From: Candidatus Bathyarchaeota archaeon
GTDB taxonomy: Archaea > Thermoproteota > Bathyarchaeia > Bathyarchaeales > Bathycorpusculaceae
Assembly (NCBI GenBank): GCA_963782525.1
Contig: CAWAKC010000010.1
Coordinates: 160,001-224,000 of the forward strand
Direction: 5' to 3'
DNA: 64,000 nucleotides
Positions within the stretch are counted from its first letter, which is position 1; every line of letters begins with the position of its first letter. Position numbers and translations under genes: made by a program. Below, in pieces: positions 63,543 to 64,000 of the stretch. Below the pieces are notes generated by a model, which saw only the letters and a program-made list of their open reading frames with translations, made no database searches and had not been told where the DNA came from.

Positions 63543-64000
63543 ATGTCTTCAACAGAACGACGTCCTAATGGGATATTTTCGTTCTATGCAGAAACTTGGT
63601 TTAATAAAGGTGAAGCGTTAGCAATTTTGGGGTATAATGAAGATGCTTTATGCTACTTTGATATTGCCACCTTGCTAGATTCAAGCCTCAAGAAAGCTTG
63701 GTTTATGAAATGCGCTATCTTACGCAAACTTGACAGAAACTTTGAGGCGCTAGATTGCTTAGATAAAATGATGAAACTTGACTCTAATGATGCATTTGGC
63801 TGGATTAACAAAGGTTTAGTTCTAAAATCGATAAAACGGGATGAGGAAGCCATAGAATGTTTTGGAAGAGCAATCGAAATATGTCCAACTTTTGCTAGTG
63901 CTTGGTACGAGAAAGCTGCTGGTTTAGAGAACATAAAAAAGATAAACGAAGCTGCTGAGTGTTTTCAAAAAGCTGCGGAACTAGACCCAACAAATATTAA
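63543..64000 (+). CDS. TPR repeat protein (partial, runs off the window)
   Basis: Manual translation: WFNKGEAL..., WINKGLVL...EAIECFGRAIEICP..AWYEKA...ELDP. Confidence 0.85.
   Translation, partial: MSSTERRPNGIFSFYAETWFNKGEALAILGYNEDALCYFDIATLLDSSLKKAWFMKCAILRKLDRNFEALDCLDKMMKLDSNDAFGWINKGLVLKSIKRDEEAIECFGRAIEICPTFASAWYEKAAGLENIKKINEAAECFQKAAELDPTNI

Overview
Low-GC archaeal DNA. Alba, aCPSF1/FttA, ABCE1, DUF5752-like, NosD/beta-helix and AAA-TPR genes suggest Bathyarchaeia (inference). The window is mostly accessory sequence. Many genes carry frameshifts, in-frame stops or deletions, and there are two toxin-antitoxin loci, several PD-(D/E)XK/HEPN/TPR genes, a bacterial-type ClpB and a PAS histidine kinase. 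The standout is an intact four-gene cluster at 28634-33856 that looks like an archaeal RiPP or peptide-modification system. It encodes (1) a radical SAM/SPASM enzyme, (2) a 147-aa precursor-like protein whose Cys-rich core DCPTPLCSSCGN is repeated about 2.4 times with only synonymous DNA differences, (3) a B12-dependent radical SAM enzyme and (4) a class I methyltransferase whose N-terminal ~135 aa are a paralog of the precursor with the Cys core replaced. Other leads are a promoter-flanked 65-nt hairpin (candidate sRNA), an XPA-like/DUF2293-like protein, an internally deleted ABCE1, several dispersed intergenic repeats and tRNA 3'-end fragments. No CRISPR array, rRNA or complete tRNA was seen. 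All family calls come from motif recognition, not from searches.
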